From a virus (lineage: Duplodnaviria; Caudoviricetes): 64,000 nucleotides of DNA. Below are positions 49,719 through 60,255 of this stretch, piece by piece (the first letter of the stretch is position 1; every line of letters begins with the position of its first letter). The notes below the pieces were generated by a model. The model worked only from the letters and a program-made list of their open reading frames with translations, was not told the DNA's origin and made no database searches. The translations under genes were made by a program, and so were the position numbers. The DNA is taken from the IMG/VR virus record IMGVR_UViG_3300021426_000002, positions 89,203 to 153,202 of that record; one strand, given 5' to 3'.

Positions 49719-50780
49719 TTACAATTCTTTTAATGATGTTTTTCGTTTGCTCTTTATACCGTCAGAACCAAACCATTCTTCAAATTGTGCATCTTTTTCT
49801 CTATCATCGTAATTGTGTACCATGTCTGATGTTTCCCATCCGATAAATAGCTGCACAACACTTTCCGGCAGATTGCTTTCAAGTAGGGTAGTAGTAATAT
49901 AATGTCTCATTGAGTGCCAGTAGAATTTCTTCCCACTGATTTTGGTAAACAGTTTGCCCCAAGAATCAAGAGTAGAAACCGGCGCTGGTTCATTCAGATA
50001 TTTGCCATTCTTAAATCTAGGGAATAACCATTGACTACGAATGCCAAGTCTTTTACGTTCTTCCATCCATAAATTCAAATACGGATTAAACGGTTTTGCC
50101 AGTGTGTAAAGCACTAACAATTTACCCATACTTCCTCTGCCCTTTGTGGTTACTTCTTCCGGAGTGCGATATACCGCACCTTCGCAAATTAGATTTTCCG
50201 GTTTAAAATACTCAACTTTATATCTGACTAATTCAGCTTTTCTTCGACCACTATTCATGGCAAGTGATAAAGCACACGCTTTTTCGTACTCGCCATCCTC
50301 AACCAACTTATCAAGAATCTTTTGTAATTCTCTGGTTTTGTATACAGTCTTCTTTCTTACTGCAACATCCGGAGGGGATTCAATCTTATTAACGATTGGT
50401 TTATATCCCTCATATTCATCATCCAAAATATTCTCAATAAAGTTCGAAAGAGAAGAGATCGTTGCTTTAACTGTTCTTAATCGTTTAGAAGACCATCCCC
50501 ATTCAGACATTGCATGAGTTTGAAAGCGTGCAATTTCTCTTTTGGTTAATTTCGGGAATGGTTTATTTTTGTTATATTCAAGATTCCAACAGAAGAATAC
50601 ATTCAGATTCGCATTGTACTGATAGATCGTTCCCTTTGATCTATCAATAGACACTAGGTAATCAAGAAAGTCTTTTTGCAATTCAAGATTTTCCGGATTA
50701 ACCTGTGCTAATTTTTCTTCTGATGTAATATAGTTATAGACAGTGCTTCGTCCGTCATTCTTTTTGCATCCTCTTTCCAA
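49719..50780 (-). CDS. tyrosine recombinase family protein embedded in the tail module
   Basis: SGRRKAEL, TKGRG, WHSMRH, IGW and HNY motifs. Confidence 0.8.
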   Translation of the reverse strand: MERGCKKNDGRSTVYNYITSEEKLAQVNPENLELQKDFLDYLVSIDRSKGTIYQYNANLNVFFCWNLEYNKNKPFPKLTKREIARFQTHAMSEWGWSSKRLRTVKATISSLSNFIENILDDEYEGYKPIVNKIESPPDVAVRKKTVYKTRELQKILDKLVEDGEYEKACALSLAMNSGRRKAELVRYKVEYFKPENLICEGAVYRTPEEVTTKGRGSMGKLLVLYTLAKPFNPYLNLWMEERKRLGIRSQWLFPRFKNGKYLNEPAPVSTLDSWGKLFTKISGKKFYWHSMRHYITTTLLESNLPESVVQLFIGWETSDMVHNYDDREKDAQFEEWFGSDGIKSKRKTSLKEL

Positions 50781-50795
50781 ATTATCACTTCCTTT

Positions 50796-51209
50796 TTAAC
50801 TAAAGAATGATCCCATTGTTGAATCTAATTCCTTTTGCATCTTTTGTTCAGACCTCGCCCAAAATCCAGGTTTACCCTTGATTCCGGCAGCGCCAGCTTC
50901 GGCAGCCGTAAATACTTCCTCAGTTGAGAAATGGCTTGCTCTGAACAGCGGATTAGGTACAGCATACCCAACAGACATATCAAGGTATGCATCGAAACTT
51001 ACCGTTTTACCGCCAGATGAAAAATTTGTTGTCTTTGGAGAACTGCCGAGATTTCCTGTTCTCTGATAGACCGTAGGAGTGCCACCACCATAGAAAGCGC
51101 CAGTCTCTTCAAACATATCCGCTAATACTTTAGCGTCTACAACTCGCATGGCTTTTTCCATGTGTTGACGCAACATACGCTCTAGTTCGGCCATGCTAGT
51201 TGCTGTCAT
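50796..51209 (-). CDS. putative neck/tail completion protein (HK97 gp10-like)
   Basis: YQRTGNL and KPGFW motifs; position. Confidence 0.5.
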   Translation of the reverse strand: MTATSMAELERMLRQHMEKAMRVVDAKVLADMFEETGAFYGGGTPTVYQRTGNLGSSPKTTNFSSGGKTVSFDAYLDMSVGYAVPNPLFRASHFSTEEVFTAAEAGAAGIKGKPGFWARSEQKMQKELDSTMGSFFS

Positions 51210-51766
51210 TATGCTTTGCCCTCAATCACATCTTCGAACCGCTTTGTATTACTGTATGCATCTGCTACAGCTTGCGCCGAAATGCGCCCTTCCTTTATAT
51301 CTGATGAAATCTGCATAACCTTATTAAGCGTATCTTCGCTCATTGCCGGAGAAATGCGATTTGCAATATCTTCAACCACATAAGAAAGATAGTTAATAAT
51401 TCGGTCAGCAGACGTTTTCTTTGTTTCAATCATTTCTCTTGCGCTATTGTAAGCATTTGCGAAATTCAGCATTATGCACTCAGCGCCATAACAAATTGCA
51501 TCATTATATGCGTTAATGAAATCTTCGTCTGCAAAAAGTTCCTCAAATTTTGAAAGATCGTCTTCCTCATGGAGTAACGTACCCTCATACGGACTGTCTT
51601 TCACGCAAACCGCATAGAAGATTCGCATTGCATTTAAATCACCGATATACGGCTGAAAGTTACATTTATCATCAAAATAAGCAGACGCTATATCACGAAC
51701 AGTCACGATATACTCTGCAATATTTAATTTCGTATCTATTACAAATTTACTTTTCTTACGTACCAT
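51209..51766 (-). CDS. hypothetical tail-module protein
   Basis: ORF with RBS; position only. Confidence 0.45.
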   Translation of the reverse strand: MVRKKSKFVIDTKLNIAEYIVTVRDIASAYFDDKCNFQPYIGDLNAMRIFYAVCVKDSPYEGTLLHEEDDLSKFEELFADEDFINAYNDAICYGAECIMLNFANAYNSAREMIETKKTSADRIINYLSYVVEDIANRISPAMSEDTLNKVMQISSDIKEGRISAQAVADAYSNTKRFEDVIEGKA

Positions 51767-51805
51767 CTTTATTCCTCACTCAAAGCGTTATATAAAAAGT
51801 CGGTT

Positions 51806-52315
51806 TTATTTGTCGAGCGTAAAAAGAATTTCAAGATCATATTTATACTTTGTCCTTAGTCTCTCTTGTGGTATGACGGTGTATGGCACACCGCTTTTTT
51901 CTAAGTCACTCAAATTGAAACTCTTTTTGTCGATTTGCTTAATTAAACTATCAAAAGATTCTATATCAAGAAAAAACGTTAGTTCTTTGTCACGAAACTC
52001 AATAATGAAACCACTGGTAATCCCATCGTATTCATTCCATTTTTTAAGTCCTTCAATTTGGTGGTAATGGATTTCTCCGGATTCACCCTTGCTGCGTTCA
52101 AATGAAATCGAATGTCCGGAAACCGTTTTTAATTCAATCGCATACAACCGATGATTTCGTGAGTCCCAAAATATATAGTCAAATGGATTCTTACGGCTGA
52201 ACCTTGTTAGCTTTGAACCGCCGAAAGATTGCGCTGCATCCGGAATTCTATAAACTAAAACATAGTCCGGCGCTGACCGCTGAATACAACTCTCAAAAAT
52301 TTTTCCTGTATTCAT
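51806..52315 (-). CDS. recU: RecU-like Holliday junction resolvase
   Basis: NTGKIFE, PFDY, AIELKT, HQIEGL and GFIIEF motifs. Confidence 0.75.
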   Translation of the reverse strand: MNTGKIFESCIQRSAPDYVLVYRIPDAAQSFGGSKLTRFSRKNPFDYIFWDSRNHRLYAIELKTVSGHSISFERSKGESGEIHYHQIEGLKKWNEYDGITSGFIIEFRDKELTFFLDIESFDSLIKQIDKKSFNLSDLEKSGVPYTVIPQERLRTKYKYDLEILFTLDK

Positions 52316-52539
52316 TGTGGTTTATTGTTCTGCCATTTCTTATAAATGTCTTTTGTCTTTTCTTTTAAGAACCAACATGTAATTCTGTTTGGTTTTACTC
52401 CGTTCTCGCATACATACTCCGGCTGATAGCCATTTGCCGTGTAGAAAATGATCTGCCGGAGATTATCTATTGCGATTAGGTTTGACCTTCCATAATGTTC
52501 AAACACTTCATTTAATGAAGAAAATTGCGCTTTTCCCAT
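52312..52539 (-). CDS. small hypothetical protein
   Basis: ORF overlapping the recU start. Confidence 0.45.
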   Translation of the reverse strand: MGKAQFSSLNEVFEHYGRSNLIAIDNLRQIIFYTANGYQPEYVCENGVKPNRITCWFLKEKTKDIYKKWQNNKPQ

Positions 52540-52563
52540 ATTTCCCTCTTTTGCGAAAAAAGA

Positions 52564-52609
52564 AAGGGGATAACTTCTAAAGCTGTATTTGCTTATGAGT
52601 TATCCCCCT
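52564..52609 (-). terminator. rho-independent terminator
   Basis: GGGGATAACT...AGTTATCCCC stem followed by a T-run on the minus strand. Confidence 0.7.
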
Positions 52610-52649
52610 CATTATCTATTAAATTAAAAATACAATACAACCTTAGTCA

Positions 52650-52904
52650 TTACATATCTTCATTGATAGTTACTTCTTCAACAGTTGTTTTCTTAGTGCG
52701 TTTCTTTTTCTTAGGAACGTCTTCGATTTTTTCTTCATCGGCTGTATTGTCGATTCCATCAACGATAGTATAAGTATCGTTTTCAACTCTAACAAAAACT
52801 GTATTTGCTTCACGGTGAATAGATGGAAATTGTACTTTTATTCCGTCAACAATGGCCACTGTAACACAATCATTGTTTAGGATCACTTTGCATTCTTTTA
52901 CCAT
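52650..52904 (-). CDS. hypothetical protein
   Basis: ORF with RBS after the major tail gene; basic/acidic tail. Confidence 0.5.
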   Translation of the reverse strand: MVKECKVILNNDCVTVAIVDGIKVQFPSIHREANTVFVRVENDTYTIVDGIDNTADEEKIEDVPKKKKRTKKTTVEEVTINEDM

Positions 52905-52963
52905 ACGTATTCCCTCTTAAAGAGTGACAGCAAAAAAGCTGCCACTCCGCTAATCAACACTTA

Positions 52964-53734
52964 TTACTCTGCGTCACCTGTCAACTCGACAAAAGACATA
53001 ACGTTACCATCTTTGTTCTCAAGAGTGTCGAACGTAAGAGTAACAGAAGCCGGATCACCCTCAGAAGAGAATGAAAGTTCAAAGTTTCTCTGGATCGTAG
53101 CTTTGTAAACAGTGATAAGGAACGGAGTCAGAACACCATCTTCATCCTTGTCAAGAGTTTTCATTGTGATATAGAAATCCTTCGGAAGTCTCTTGTTGTT
53201 GAATGTGATAGACTTAACCGCATTACCCTCAGAAGAAGTACGTGTTACAACGTAACCAACAACATACTCTTCGCCAACTTTAATATTACCGGCAGTTGTA
53301 GCCGTGAACTTGCCAGAAGCAAATGTACCAGCGATTACAGAACCTTCATCGCCAAACTCGCCAACCGGATAAGCAAACACTGTGCCAGCTTCGATTGTGC
53401 CGTTTGTCGGAACAGTCAGAGAAAGTTCGCCAGCGGTTGCGCATTTAATCGTCTGAGAGTCAGCATAGATAGCTTCATCATCAATAACGCCATCAGAAAG
53501 CATAGCAAAGAACTTGAACGGATAAACCTGTGCTTCGATTGTCATTGTGCCTTCAAGCGGATTCTGGAAAGCGATACGTCTCGTACCTTTTGCCATAGCA
53601 TAAACAGAATCAGAAGAAATGGACACGCCGGTTGTGTTTGCTGTATCAAACTTCAAGAACGGAGCCATTGTCTTCAACACACGAATATCAACATCGCATA
53701 CCTGTCTGTTTGCAAAATTATTTCCAATACTCAT
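52964..53734 (-). CDS. major tail tube protein
   Basis: Beta-rich; C-terminal FELSFSSEGDPASVTLTFD typical of tail tube proteins; strong RBS. Confidence 0.7.
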   Translation of the reverse strand: MSIGNNFANRQVCDVDIRVLKTMAPFLKFDTANTTGVSISSDSVYAMAKGTRRIAFQNPLEGTMTIEAQVYPFKFFAMLSDGVIDDEAIYADSQTIKCATAGELSLTVPTNGTIEAGTVFAYPVGEFGDEGSVIAGTFASGKFTATTAGNIKVGEEYVVGYVVTRTSSEGNAVKSITFNNKRLPKDFYITMKTLDKDEDGVLTPFLITVYKATIQRNFELSFSSEGDPASVTLTFDTLENKDGNVMSFVELTGDAE

Positions 53735-53792
53735 GTTTAGTTTTCCTCCTTAAAATTGGACATAAAAATAGACCGCCTTTTTAGCGATCTGT

Positions 53793-54593
53793 TTATTTGA
53801 AATGATTCTTGTACCAAAGAGAAGCGTTAAAAGTTTTCTTTTCATCGCCCCAAACAGATACACGTGTAGAATCTATTTCGTATATTGCATTTGCCATCAA
53901 ACGGTTGAATGAATCTAACAGTTGATATATTGTCAAATCATGTACGTTCAATGGATTTATTGAAGGATGCCGATTAGATACGGCAGAAATAATATTCTCT
54001 AACTGCAAATCTGGATTCGCAGCTTTGCTTTTCTTATTCTTCCGCTCGGCTTCTCGCATTTTCAGATACATCTCTTTAGCCATCTTATTTTTAAACTTCA
54101 TTTCTTCAATGGGAGTTTCCATATCATCATTGATTGCGCAAACCTGTTGAAGTATAAATAAGACGCTATCAAACGTATCTTTAAAAATTATTCCACTTAT
54201 ATTTTCAGCAACTTCTTTATTCTCTGAGTTCGTAAGGTCTATATCTTTTTTAAGTAAGAAGAATACATTGTCAACAAACTTTACACATTCTATTTCAAAG
54301 AAAAATGTAAACAGTTCACAATAGATTGCTTGCAATTTGGGATTTCGGCAAATTGCATCATACATCGTGCATTCTTCTTTTTCTTTTTCTGATAAATGAT
54401 TCCAAAAGACTTCTGCACCTTCTTGATCTAAGTCTGTGTAAAAGTCGTTTGGTGTCATTTTTAAAAACGATTCATATAAGTAAAAAGATTCAAAGCCAAC
54501 ATCCTCAATATCTGAGATAGTTGGTTTCCTTACTTTTCCGATTGACAGCGACAACGGCTTGCGAGATAGAAGTGTCCCATAGCTAAGAATCAT
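53793..54593 (-). CDS. conserved tail-module protein
   Basis: IG.V..PTI.DI and DLTIYQL.D.F.R motifs; position. Confidence 0.5.
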   Translation of the reverse strand: MILSYGTLLSRKPLSLSIGKVRKPTISDIEDVGFESFYLYESFLKMTPNDFYTDLDQEGAEVFWNHLSEKEKEECTMYDAICRNPKLQAIYCELFTFFFEIECVKFVDNVFFLLKKDIDLTNSENKEVAENISGIIFKDTFDSVLFILQQVCAINDDMETPIEEMKFKNKMAKEMYLKMREAERKNKKSKAANPDLQLENIISAVSNRHPSINPLNVHDLTIYQLLDSFNRLMANAIYEIDSTRVSVWGDEKKTFNASLWYKNHFK

Positions 54594-55072
54594 CTAAAGT
54601 TCGGTACGCTGAACGTCAATATGCGACCGTAAAACCTTGTGGCATTATAAATGATTACGCTGTCTAAATTCATTTCTCCAATGCCAAACTTATTCCTAAC
54701 TTCCGGATCAAGCAACGTTTCCTCAATCATACGTGAAAGAATGTCTGTGCGGTTGCCGTGATAACCCTCGACATAGCATCCATCGACCACATCTCTGTGA
54801 CAAATGGCATAAAGCGTTACTTTGCATTCTTTCGTGTTCGTATGAATAATTGGAATTGTTACATCATAGTAAATATAAGTCCCTGTATCCATAACCGTTT
54901 CATCCACAAATAAATGTGAATTAACGTGTTTGTTAAATTTTTTTGTTAATTGTGCGCTATTCATTTCTGACATATCACCAAGAATTAAATTCTTAATATT
55001 GTCATTTTGGAATAACGCTTTGTGTATCTTTTCCTTGAATAAACCAAGATCATTGATATTCTTATTCAACAT
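54590..55072 (-). CDS. putative tail terminator / neck protein
   Basis: Position between head and tail genes; ICH...NRTD.L motif. Confidence 0.45.
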   Translation of the reverse strand: MLNKNINDLGLFKEKIHKALFQNDNIKNLILGDMSEMNSAQLTKKFNKHVNSHLFVDETVMDTGTYIYYDVTIPIIHTNTKECKVTLYAICHRDVVDGCYVEGYHGNRTDILSRMIEETLLDPEVRNKFGIGEMNLDSVIIYNATRFYGRILTFSVPNFR

Positions 55073-55086
55073 AGCTTTACTCCAAA

Positions 55087-56124
55087 TTAAATGAATGGCC
55101 GTATTGTAACTGTGATTGTTGACGGTTTATAACCATCGCCAGTTAAAGTCAATTCAAAAGACTTGTTGTTAAGTTTAGGATTATTAACAGATATGCTAAT
55201 TGATGTATCAGTTTCATAAGTTTCAAGTTCTTCTGAAAAATCACAATCAATCGTCCAATGAGCAGTAACGCTTTCACCACCAAAATTGGCTGTAAATATT
55301 CCATCGTCAATGCCATTGTAGATAATATCTGAATCATACTCGATTGTGCATTCATCTAATTCCGGTATAACATTATCTTCCGGAACGTCACATAACCAAT
55401 GACCAGTGCCATTGATACGGTAAAAACCATCATTCTTATGTTGTTCATCCTGTGTGGCAATAAAGCAAACAACACCTTCGCCTTGATAATCGTATAGAAT
55501 CGTGTCGCTTCTTGTCAGCATATACGTTGACAACAAATTATTTGTATCAACTTTAACATCATCGCCAAACGATTTTTCATACAATCTACATCTTTTGTCA
55601 ATTACGAAACGTTCTCTGTCTTTAATATTGATACACTTATCATCGTCCGGAATTGTAACGTATAACTGGTCACTTCTAACGAAATAGAACTTCATGCCTG
55701 TTTCACCATTGTTGTACTGCGATGCAGATGTAATGGCTGCCCATCGTTCCACAAGATCACCGTATTCATCTATCCATTCAAGTTTCCAATTACAGATAGT
55801 CGCAACAGCTTTCTCATATATCGTATTGTTGTCAACATTAGAAACAATAATCCAATAACGATTTTCATATTTGAAATACATTCCTGGTTTGCATGTCCCA
55901 ATAGGAACAAGAAACTGACGATTAAGAGACTGTAATTGAGTATCTTGTACACGATTCTGCACAATGGCTTTTAACTGTGTGCATTCTGATAAATCATAAT
56001 TGTACAACTCAACATCAATTCCAGCTTCTTCAAGTGTTTCAAGAAACGGTTCAGTAAAGTCCTCCACTTCAAAACCGCTGACAGACGAATGAGGGGGAGA
56101 GAACAAGTACCATTCTTTAGCCAT
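55087..56124 (-). CDS. putative head-closure / neck protein
   Basis: Position; G.Y...W.I...CNW.L.W motif seen in SPbeta-like neck proteins. Confidence 0.5.
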   Translation of the reverse strand: MAKEWYLFSPPHSSVSGFEVEDFTEPFLETLEEAGIDVELYNYDLSECTQLKAIVQNRVQDTQLQSLNRQFLVPIGTCKPGMYFKYENRYWIIVSNVDNNTIYEKAVATICNWKLEWIDEYGDLVERWAAITSASQYNNGETGMKFYFVRSDQLYVTIPDDDKCINIKDRERFVIDKRCRLYEKSFGDDVKVDTNNLLSTYMLTRSDTILYDYQGEGVVCFIATQDEQHKNDGFYRINGTGHWLCDVPEDNVIPELDECTIEYDSDIIYNGIDDGIFTANFGGESVTAHWTIDCDFSEELETYETDTSISISVNNPKLNNKSFELTLTGDGYKPSTITVTIRPFI

Positions 56125-56135
56125 ATTCCACCACC

Positions 56136-56528
56136 TTAAACGTATGCTGTCGGCAGAACATTGTTAATCATTTCAATTGACTTTGATGTATCGTAATCAA
56201 GTTCGCTTCGTGCTGCTGTCTTCTGACCATTAGAACCGTCAATGCTAAGATCACGACCAACAATTGATACACGCTTATTTACCCTTGATACTTCTCGCTC
56301 TTGATATGACTGTTTCATAAATGCGCCCAAAGTATCAATCACATATCTATCTAATTTACGGTCAAACTCCAATGTGCTTTCATCGAATGTTAATTCATCC
56401 AACTCCACTGAATATCTGCCGATTGCTTTCAATAACCAAACAAATTCCAAATCATCTGATATGACTTGTTTATCCCTAAACGATGATTCAAAACTGTCAT
56501 AAACATCTTGCGCTGTGGTATTAGCCAT
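56136..56528 (-). CDS. putative head-tail adaptor
   Basis: T...VYDSF N-terminus; position after the capsid genes. Confidence 0.5.
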   Translation of the reverse strand: MANTTAQDVYDSFESSFRDKQVISDDLEFVWLLKAIGRYSVELDELTFDESTLEFDRKLDRYVIDTLGAFMKQSYQEREVSRVNKRVSIVGRDLSIDGSNGQKTAARSELDYDTSKSIEMINNVLPTAYV

Positions 56529-56549
56529 ACTTAACACCACCTTTCCTCG

Positions 56550-57026
56550 TTAAGAAAGTTTATAGCCAGTATAATCTTCGACAAAACGGATTTTGTCATA
56601 ATCATTCAGTTTTAATCTTTGGATTGCTGTAATTGCTGCATACTTTTCCGCTCTGGTATAAATAGCTTCTTGAAAATTTTTCTTAAAAGCATTAAGCGTT
56701 TTAAGAGCGAATAATGACTTCATCTTTTCATCAGAGAATACAAGCTGCTTCTTTGATCCGTCTTCTGATTCAAAATCCAACTCAACCCTTGTAGGCGTAT
56801 CTTCAATAATCAAAGTCGGGTGTGAACCAAAGCCATCTATGCCTGTGAACAGACGATTGCCGTTCTGAACCTGTGCAATAATCTCACTTCTTGACAAACG
56901 TGTTGTTCCGAACGGAGCGATTGTCAAATCGCCAAAACCTTCAATGCGTGCAAATCCAACATTCCAACCAGCGATACTTCTTACAGTAACCTTCTGGTCT
57001 AATTTCAGTTCTTCTTTATTATCCAT
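56550..57026 (-). CDS. hypothetical head-module protein
   Basis: ORF with RBS following the capsid gene. Confidence 0.5.
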   Translation of the reverse strand: MDNKEELKLDQKVTVRSIAGWNVGFARIEGFGDLTIAPFGTTRLSRSEIIAQVQNGNRLFTGIDGFGSHPTLIIEDTPTRVELDFESEDGSKKQLVFSDEKMKSLFALKTLNAFKKNFQEAIYTRAEKYAAITAIQRLKLNDYDKIRFVEDYTGYKLS

Positions 57027-57073
57027 AATTCCTCATTTCAACTAATGCCGACAAAGCCAGCATAAATACGCTA

Positions 57074-57262
57074 TCAACTAAACTTGTGTTTCATTTCTCC
57101 ATAAACCGCAATCAGTTTATCAAGTCTTTCCGATTTACTAAAAATCCAATATCTATGACCGCTATTCGAATTCACTTTTGATGTGTGGCACTTTTCGCCA
57201 AACGCCGTAAGGAAATGATATAAGCGCATAGAGTAGCAGTAAAAATTATTCTTGTTTTCCAT
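57074..57262 (-). CDS. small hypothetical protein (DUF5659-like)
   Basis: FYCYS.RL..FL...G...YWIF.KSE.L...Y pattern. Confidence 0.45.
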   Translation of the reverse strand: MENKNNFYCYSMRLYHFLTAFGEKCHTSKVNSNSGHRYWIFSKSERLDKLIAVYGEMKHKFS

Positions 57263-57372
57263 TTTGAATCCAAAACAAGGAGAGCCGTAATCGACCCTCC
57301 TTGTCAAAGTTCTTATTAAATTACCCAATAGGTAATTTTCGTTACCTATGGTTTAGTGACACCAATCAGCTA

Positions 57373-58503
57373 TTACTGTGACAGACCGCCAATTGTATTA
57401 TCATAGATTGTGCCAATCTTCCATTCCTGTGTCTTAGCAACGTCAACAGCAACTTCAAGATCGAAGCGTGTTTCAATCTTGCCGTTCTTAACGTTGTTAC
57501 CTGTGAAGGAAGTAAGACCGCCACGTGTCCATGTAGCAATCGGAGAATTCACGCCCTGCGGAATAACGAAACCAAGACCAGCCGGAAGAAGTGTCTGGAA
57601 GTTCTTTTCGTTAGCGCTATCCGTTACAAGCGGAGCGTACAGATCATACGGATTCGGCATCTCGGAAAGAAGTGCGCCATTATACATTGACAGAGCGCCA
57701 TTAGCAGCCAGTTCATTCATCTGTGCTTCGGAAATACCAGTGATAGTTGTGTTGTTCACAGAACCAACATAACCCGCCCACGGTGTAAACTGAGAAATAA
57801 GAGCATAGTCAGCAATAACAGTCGGTCTGCCGTTACGTCTTACATTCTGCAAAACCTTGTCAACACCAGCCTTTGTCAAGCCAGAGCCTTCAAACTGGTA
57901 CTTAACACCAGTAGCATCCTTGATTGCATTGTAGACTTTCTTAACAACGGCAAGCAGAGCCTTGTTTCTGATGGTTGTCTGTACCTGTGCCATGCCTTCG
58001 TTTTCCTTAGACATATCGCCAAGAGCAACCCTTCTGTAATCTACAGCGTAACCACCGGAGATTGTGAATGTCGGAACGGTGTATCTTTCCTCTGCGATTG
58101 CCGGAAATACAACGTCACCGCCAGCAGCCTGTTCTCTAGCCTTTTCGCCAGCATAAACAGTGATCTCACGCTCGATTGTTTCATCATAGCCAAGTGCCTG
58201 ATAATTACCGAAAATACCAAGCAGTTTGATCTCCTGCATAATCGGAGATTCGATTGTCCAACGTCTCAGCGTATTAAGTTCAGCGACAGCATTGTAATCG
58301 CCATTGCCAGCACGAACACCAAGTTCCTTGATGTAATTAACTGCGCCATTAACCTTCTCTGTATTCAGTGCGAGAGAGTCAAGATTCTTTCCGCTAACCA
58401 TTGCTGCGAAAACTTCTGAAACCGGAGATTTCTTGTTCAGCTTCGGATTAATTGCGAAATCTGAATCTCTCTGAATGTTATTAAGTTCATAACTTGTAAT
58501 CAT
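57373..58503 (-). CDS. major capsid protein
   Basis: About 376 aa; follows the scaffold and decoration genes; strong RBS AGGAGG and a downstream terminator hairpin. Confidence 0.75.
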   Translation of the reverse strand: MITSYELNNIQRDSDFAINPKLNKKSPVSEVFAAMVSGKNLDSLALNTEKVNGAVNYIKELGVRAGNGDYNAVAELNTLRRWTIESPIMQEIKLLGIFGNYQALGYDETIEREITVYAGEKAREQAAGGDVVFPAIAEERYTVPTFTISGGYAVDYRRVALGDMSKENEGMAQVQTTIRNKALLAVVKKVYNAIKDATGVKYQFEGSGLTKAGVDKVLQNVRRNGRPTVIADYALISQFTPWAGYVGSVNNTTITGISEAQMNELAANGALSMYNGALLSEMPNPYDLYAPLVTDSANEKNFQTLLPAGLGFVIPQGVNSPIATWTRGGLTSFTGNNVKNGKIETRFDLEVAVDVAKTQEWKIGTIYDNTIGGLSQ

Positions 58504-58529
58504 ATTATTAATCCTCCTAATCAAGCGAA

Positions 58530-58958
58530 TTATGCGCTCAATACTCTAACTTTAACTGCGTTCTCTGTCAGAGTTGTCTTTTCAGTTACCTTGAAATAGA
58601 TGCCAGCTTGCGGCGCTGATGCAGCGATTTGAAGAGTGCCATCTGCCTTAATTGTAAGCAGAGTTGTGCCAGCCGTAATAGAAGCGAATGATTGACCAGT
58701 ACCATAAGAGATATGCTTCTCGTCAACAACCAGCTTCTTGCCAATCCATGCATCAACCTGGTATCCATTCAAGAAATCGCCAGCCGGAATAACTGCATCA
58801 TGCATGTAAGCATTGTCACCAGCGAATTCATTCATTACAAGATAAGTAATACCATCACCATCTGTAATAAAGCTGTAGTTAGCAACATCATTCTGAGATG
58901 TAAGTGTCGGCTCGATCTTTGCAATATCGTACATCCCTAAACTTTCAACTTTAATCAT
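58530..58958 (-). CDS. putative head decoration protein
   Basis: Beta-rich 142 aa between scaffold and MCP. Confidence 0.55.
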   Translation of the reverse strand: MIKVESLGMYDIAKIEPTLTSQNDVANYSFITDGDGITYLVMNEFAGDNAYMHDAVIPAGDFLNGYQVDAWIGKKLVVDEKHISYGTGQSFASITAGTTLLTIKADGTLQIAASAPQAGIYFKVTEKTTLTENAVKVRVLSA

Positions 58959-58976
58959 TTTTGATTCCTCCTTAAT

Positions 58977-60176
58977 TTAGAAAATACTGTTGTCTTCTTC
59001 TTCCTTCTTTACAGTCTCAACCGCTGCAAAGATATCCTCAACAGTATCAGTCTTTGAATTCTGTTCAGCAGCTACCTTCGCAGCTTCTTCAACAGATTTA
59101 ATTCCAATTCCCTCATAAATCTTATTAACAACAGAGTTAATTTCAGATGTAAGCGGAGAAGCATTAAAAGCGTCAATCTCAGCCTGTGCATAAGCCTTCT
59201 GCTCGTCAGTGAAAGAAGCGATTGCAGAATTAAGTTCCTCAACCTTCTTTGCTGTCTCAATAGCAGAAATCTTTTCATTCAGTGAATTAACTTCTGATGT
59301 AAGAGATTCGTTCTTAGATGCAAGGTCAGCGTTTTCAGTCTTAGCGCTTTCCAGTTCAGAAGTAAGTGCATCTACCTTACTATTCAGTTCAGAGATTTCA
59401 GCATCTTTAGCTGTAACTGCTTCATTAGCTTCTGCAACTGCTTTGTCACACTCAGCCTTATAAGCATTCATTTCAGCATTAACGCCTGTAACCTCTTCGA
59501 CAATTGCCTTAATTTCAGCCTTGTCCATTATCGTTTCCTCCTTGAAATTTTGAGATTCGTTCAACTCTAATATAGTTGCTGTTTGGTCAGCGGGGAGAAC
59601 TCCCAACAATGCATATCCAGAGTAATCAAAAACCATCGGAATACGGCCTTCATCTTTATAACCGTACTTATAAACGATTGCATCATTATCTGTAGTACGC
59701 AGAATTTCAACACTGCCTTTCGGCGCATTGCCTTCCATCAAATCGTGGTCAAGACGTTCGCAGAAATTGTGATAGCAAAGGCTGTCAATTTCACCTTCGC
59801 CAATCATAAATTTCTTTTTGACCACTTCGCCAAATTCATCTGTGGTTTCGATTTCCTCAACATATGCTTTATCAAAAAATCCGATCATAGTTGCATTTTC
59901 GAAAATTGGTACACCGTCAATAATATCGGTTGCACCATGTCCCAAAATTTCTGTACGATCCTCATTGATAAATTCACATCTGATACTTTTTCCTACGATG
60001 GAGTCAGCGGCTTTTTTGCAGTATTCTTCAATCCATGTGATACCATTTGCATTAAAGATTGTTCCAACCTCATTGACCGCATCGACACACGAATCCGGAT
60101 AAATTTCGTGCAAAATTACTTTGAATTTTCTTTGACCATTCGAAGAAACTTTTTCTGAAAGTTCAAATCGTTTCAA
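58977..60176 (-). CDS. prohead protease / scaffold protein
   Basis: N-terminal protease-like domain (N.NG...SVEI...LLG) and C-terminal acidic coiled coil with an internal RBS/ATG (MDKAEI). Confidence 0.7.
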   Translation of the reverse strand: MKRFELSEKVSSNGQRKFKVILHEIYPDSCVDAVNEVGTIFNANGITWIEEYCKKAADSIVGKSIRCEFINEDRTEILGHGATDIIDGVPIFENATMIGFFDKAYVEEIETTDEFGEVVKKKFMIGEGEIDSLCYHNFCERLDHDLMEGNAPKGSVEILRTTDNDAIVYKYGYKDEGRIPMVFDYSGYALLGVLPADQTATILELNESQNFKEETIMDKAEIKAIVEEVTGVNAEMNAYKAECDKAVAEANEAVTAKDAEISELNSKVDALTSELESAKTENADLASKNESLTSEVNSLNEKISAIETAKKVEELNSAIASFTDEQKAYAQAEIDAFNASPLTSEINSVVNKIYEGIGIKSVEEAAKVAAEQNSKTDTVEDIFAAVETVKKEEEDNSIF

Positions 60177-60255
60177 ATGTTTACACCATCCTTTCGTGTT
60201 TAATATATAAAAAGAAAGCAGTGTAAAACCGCCCTCTGCTTATATCTTATTCGAT

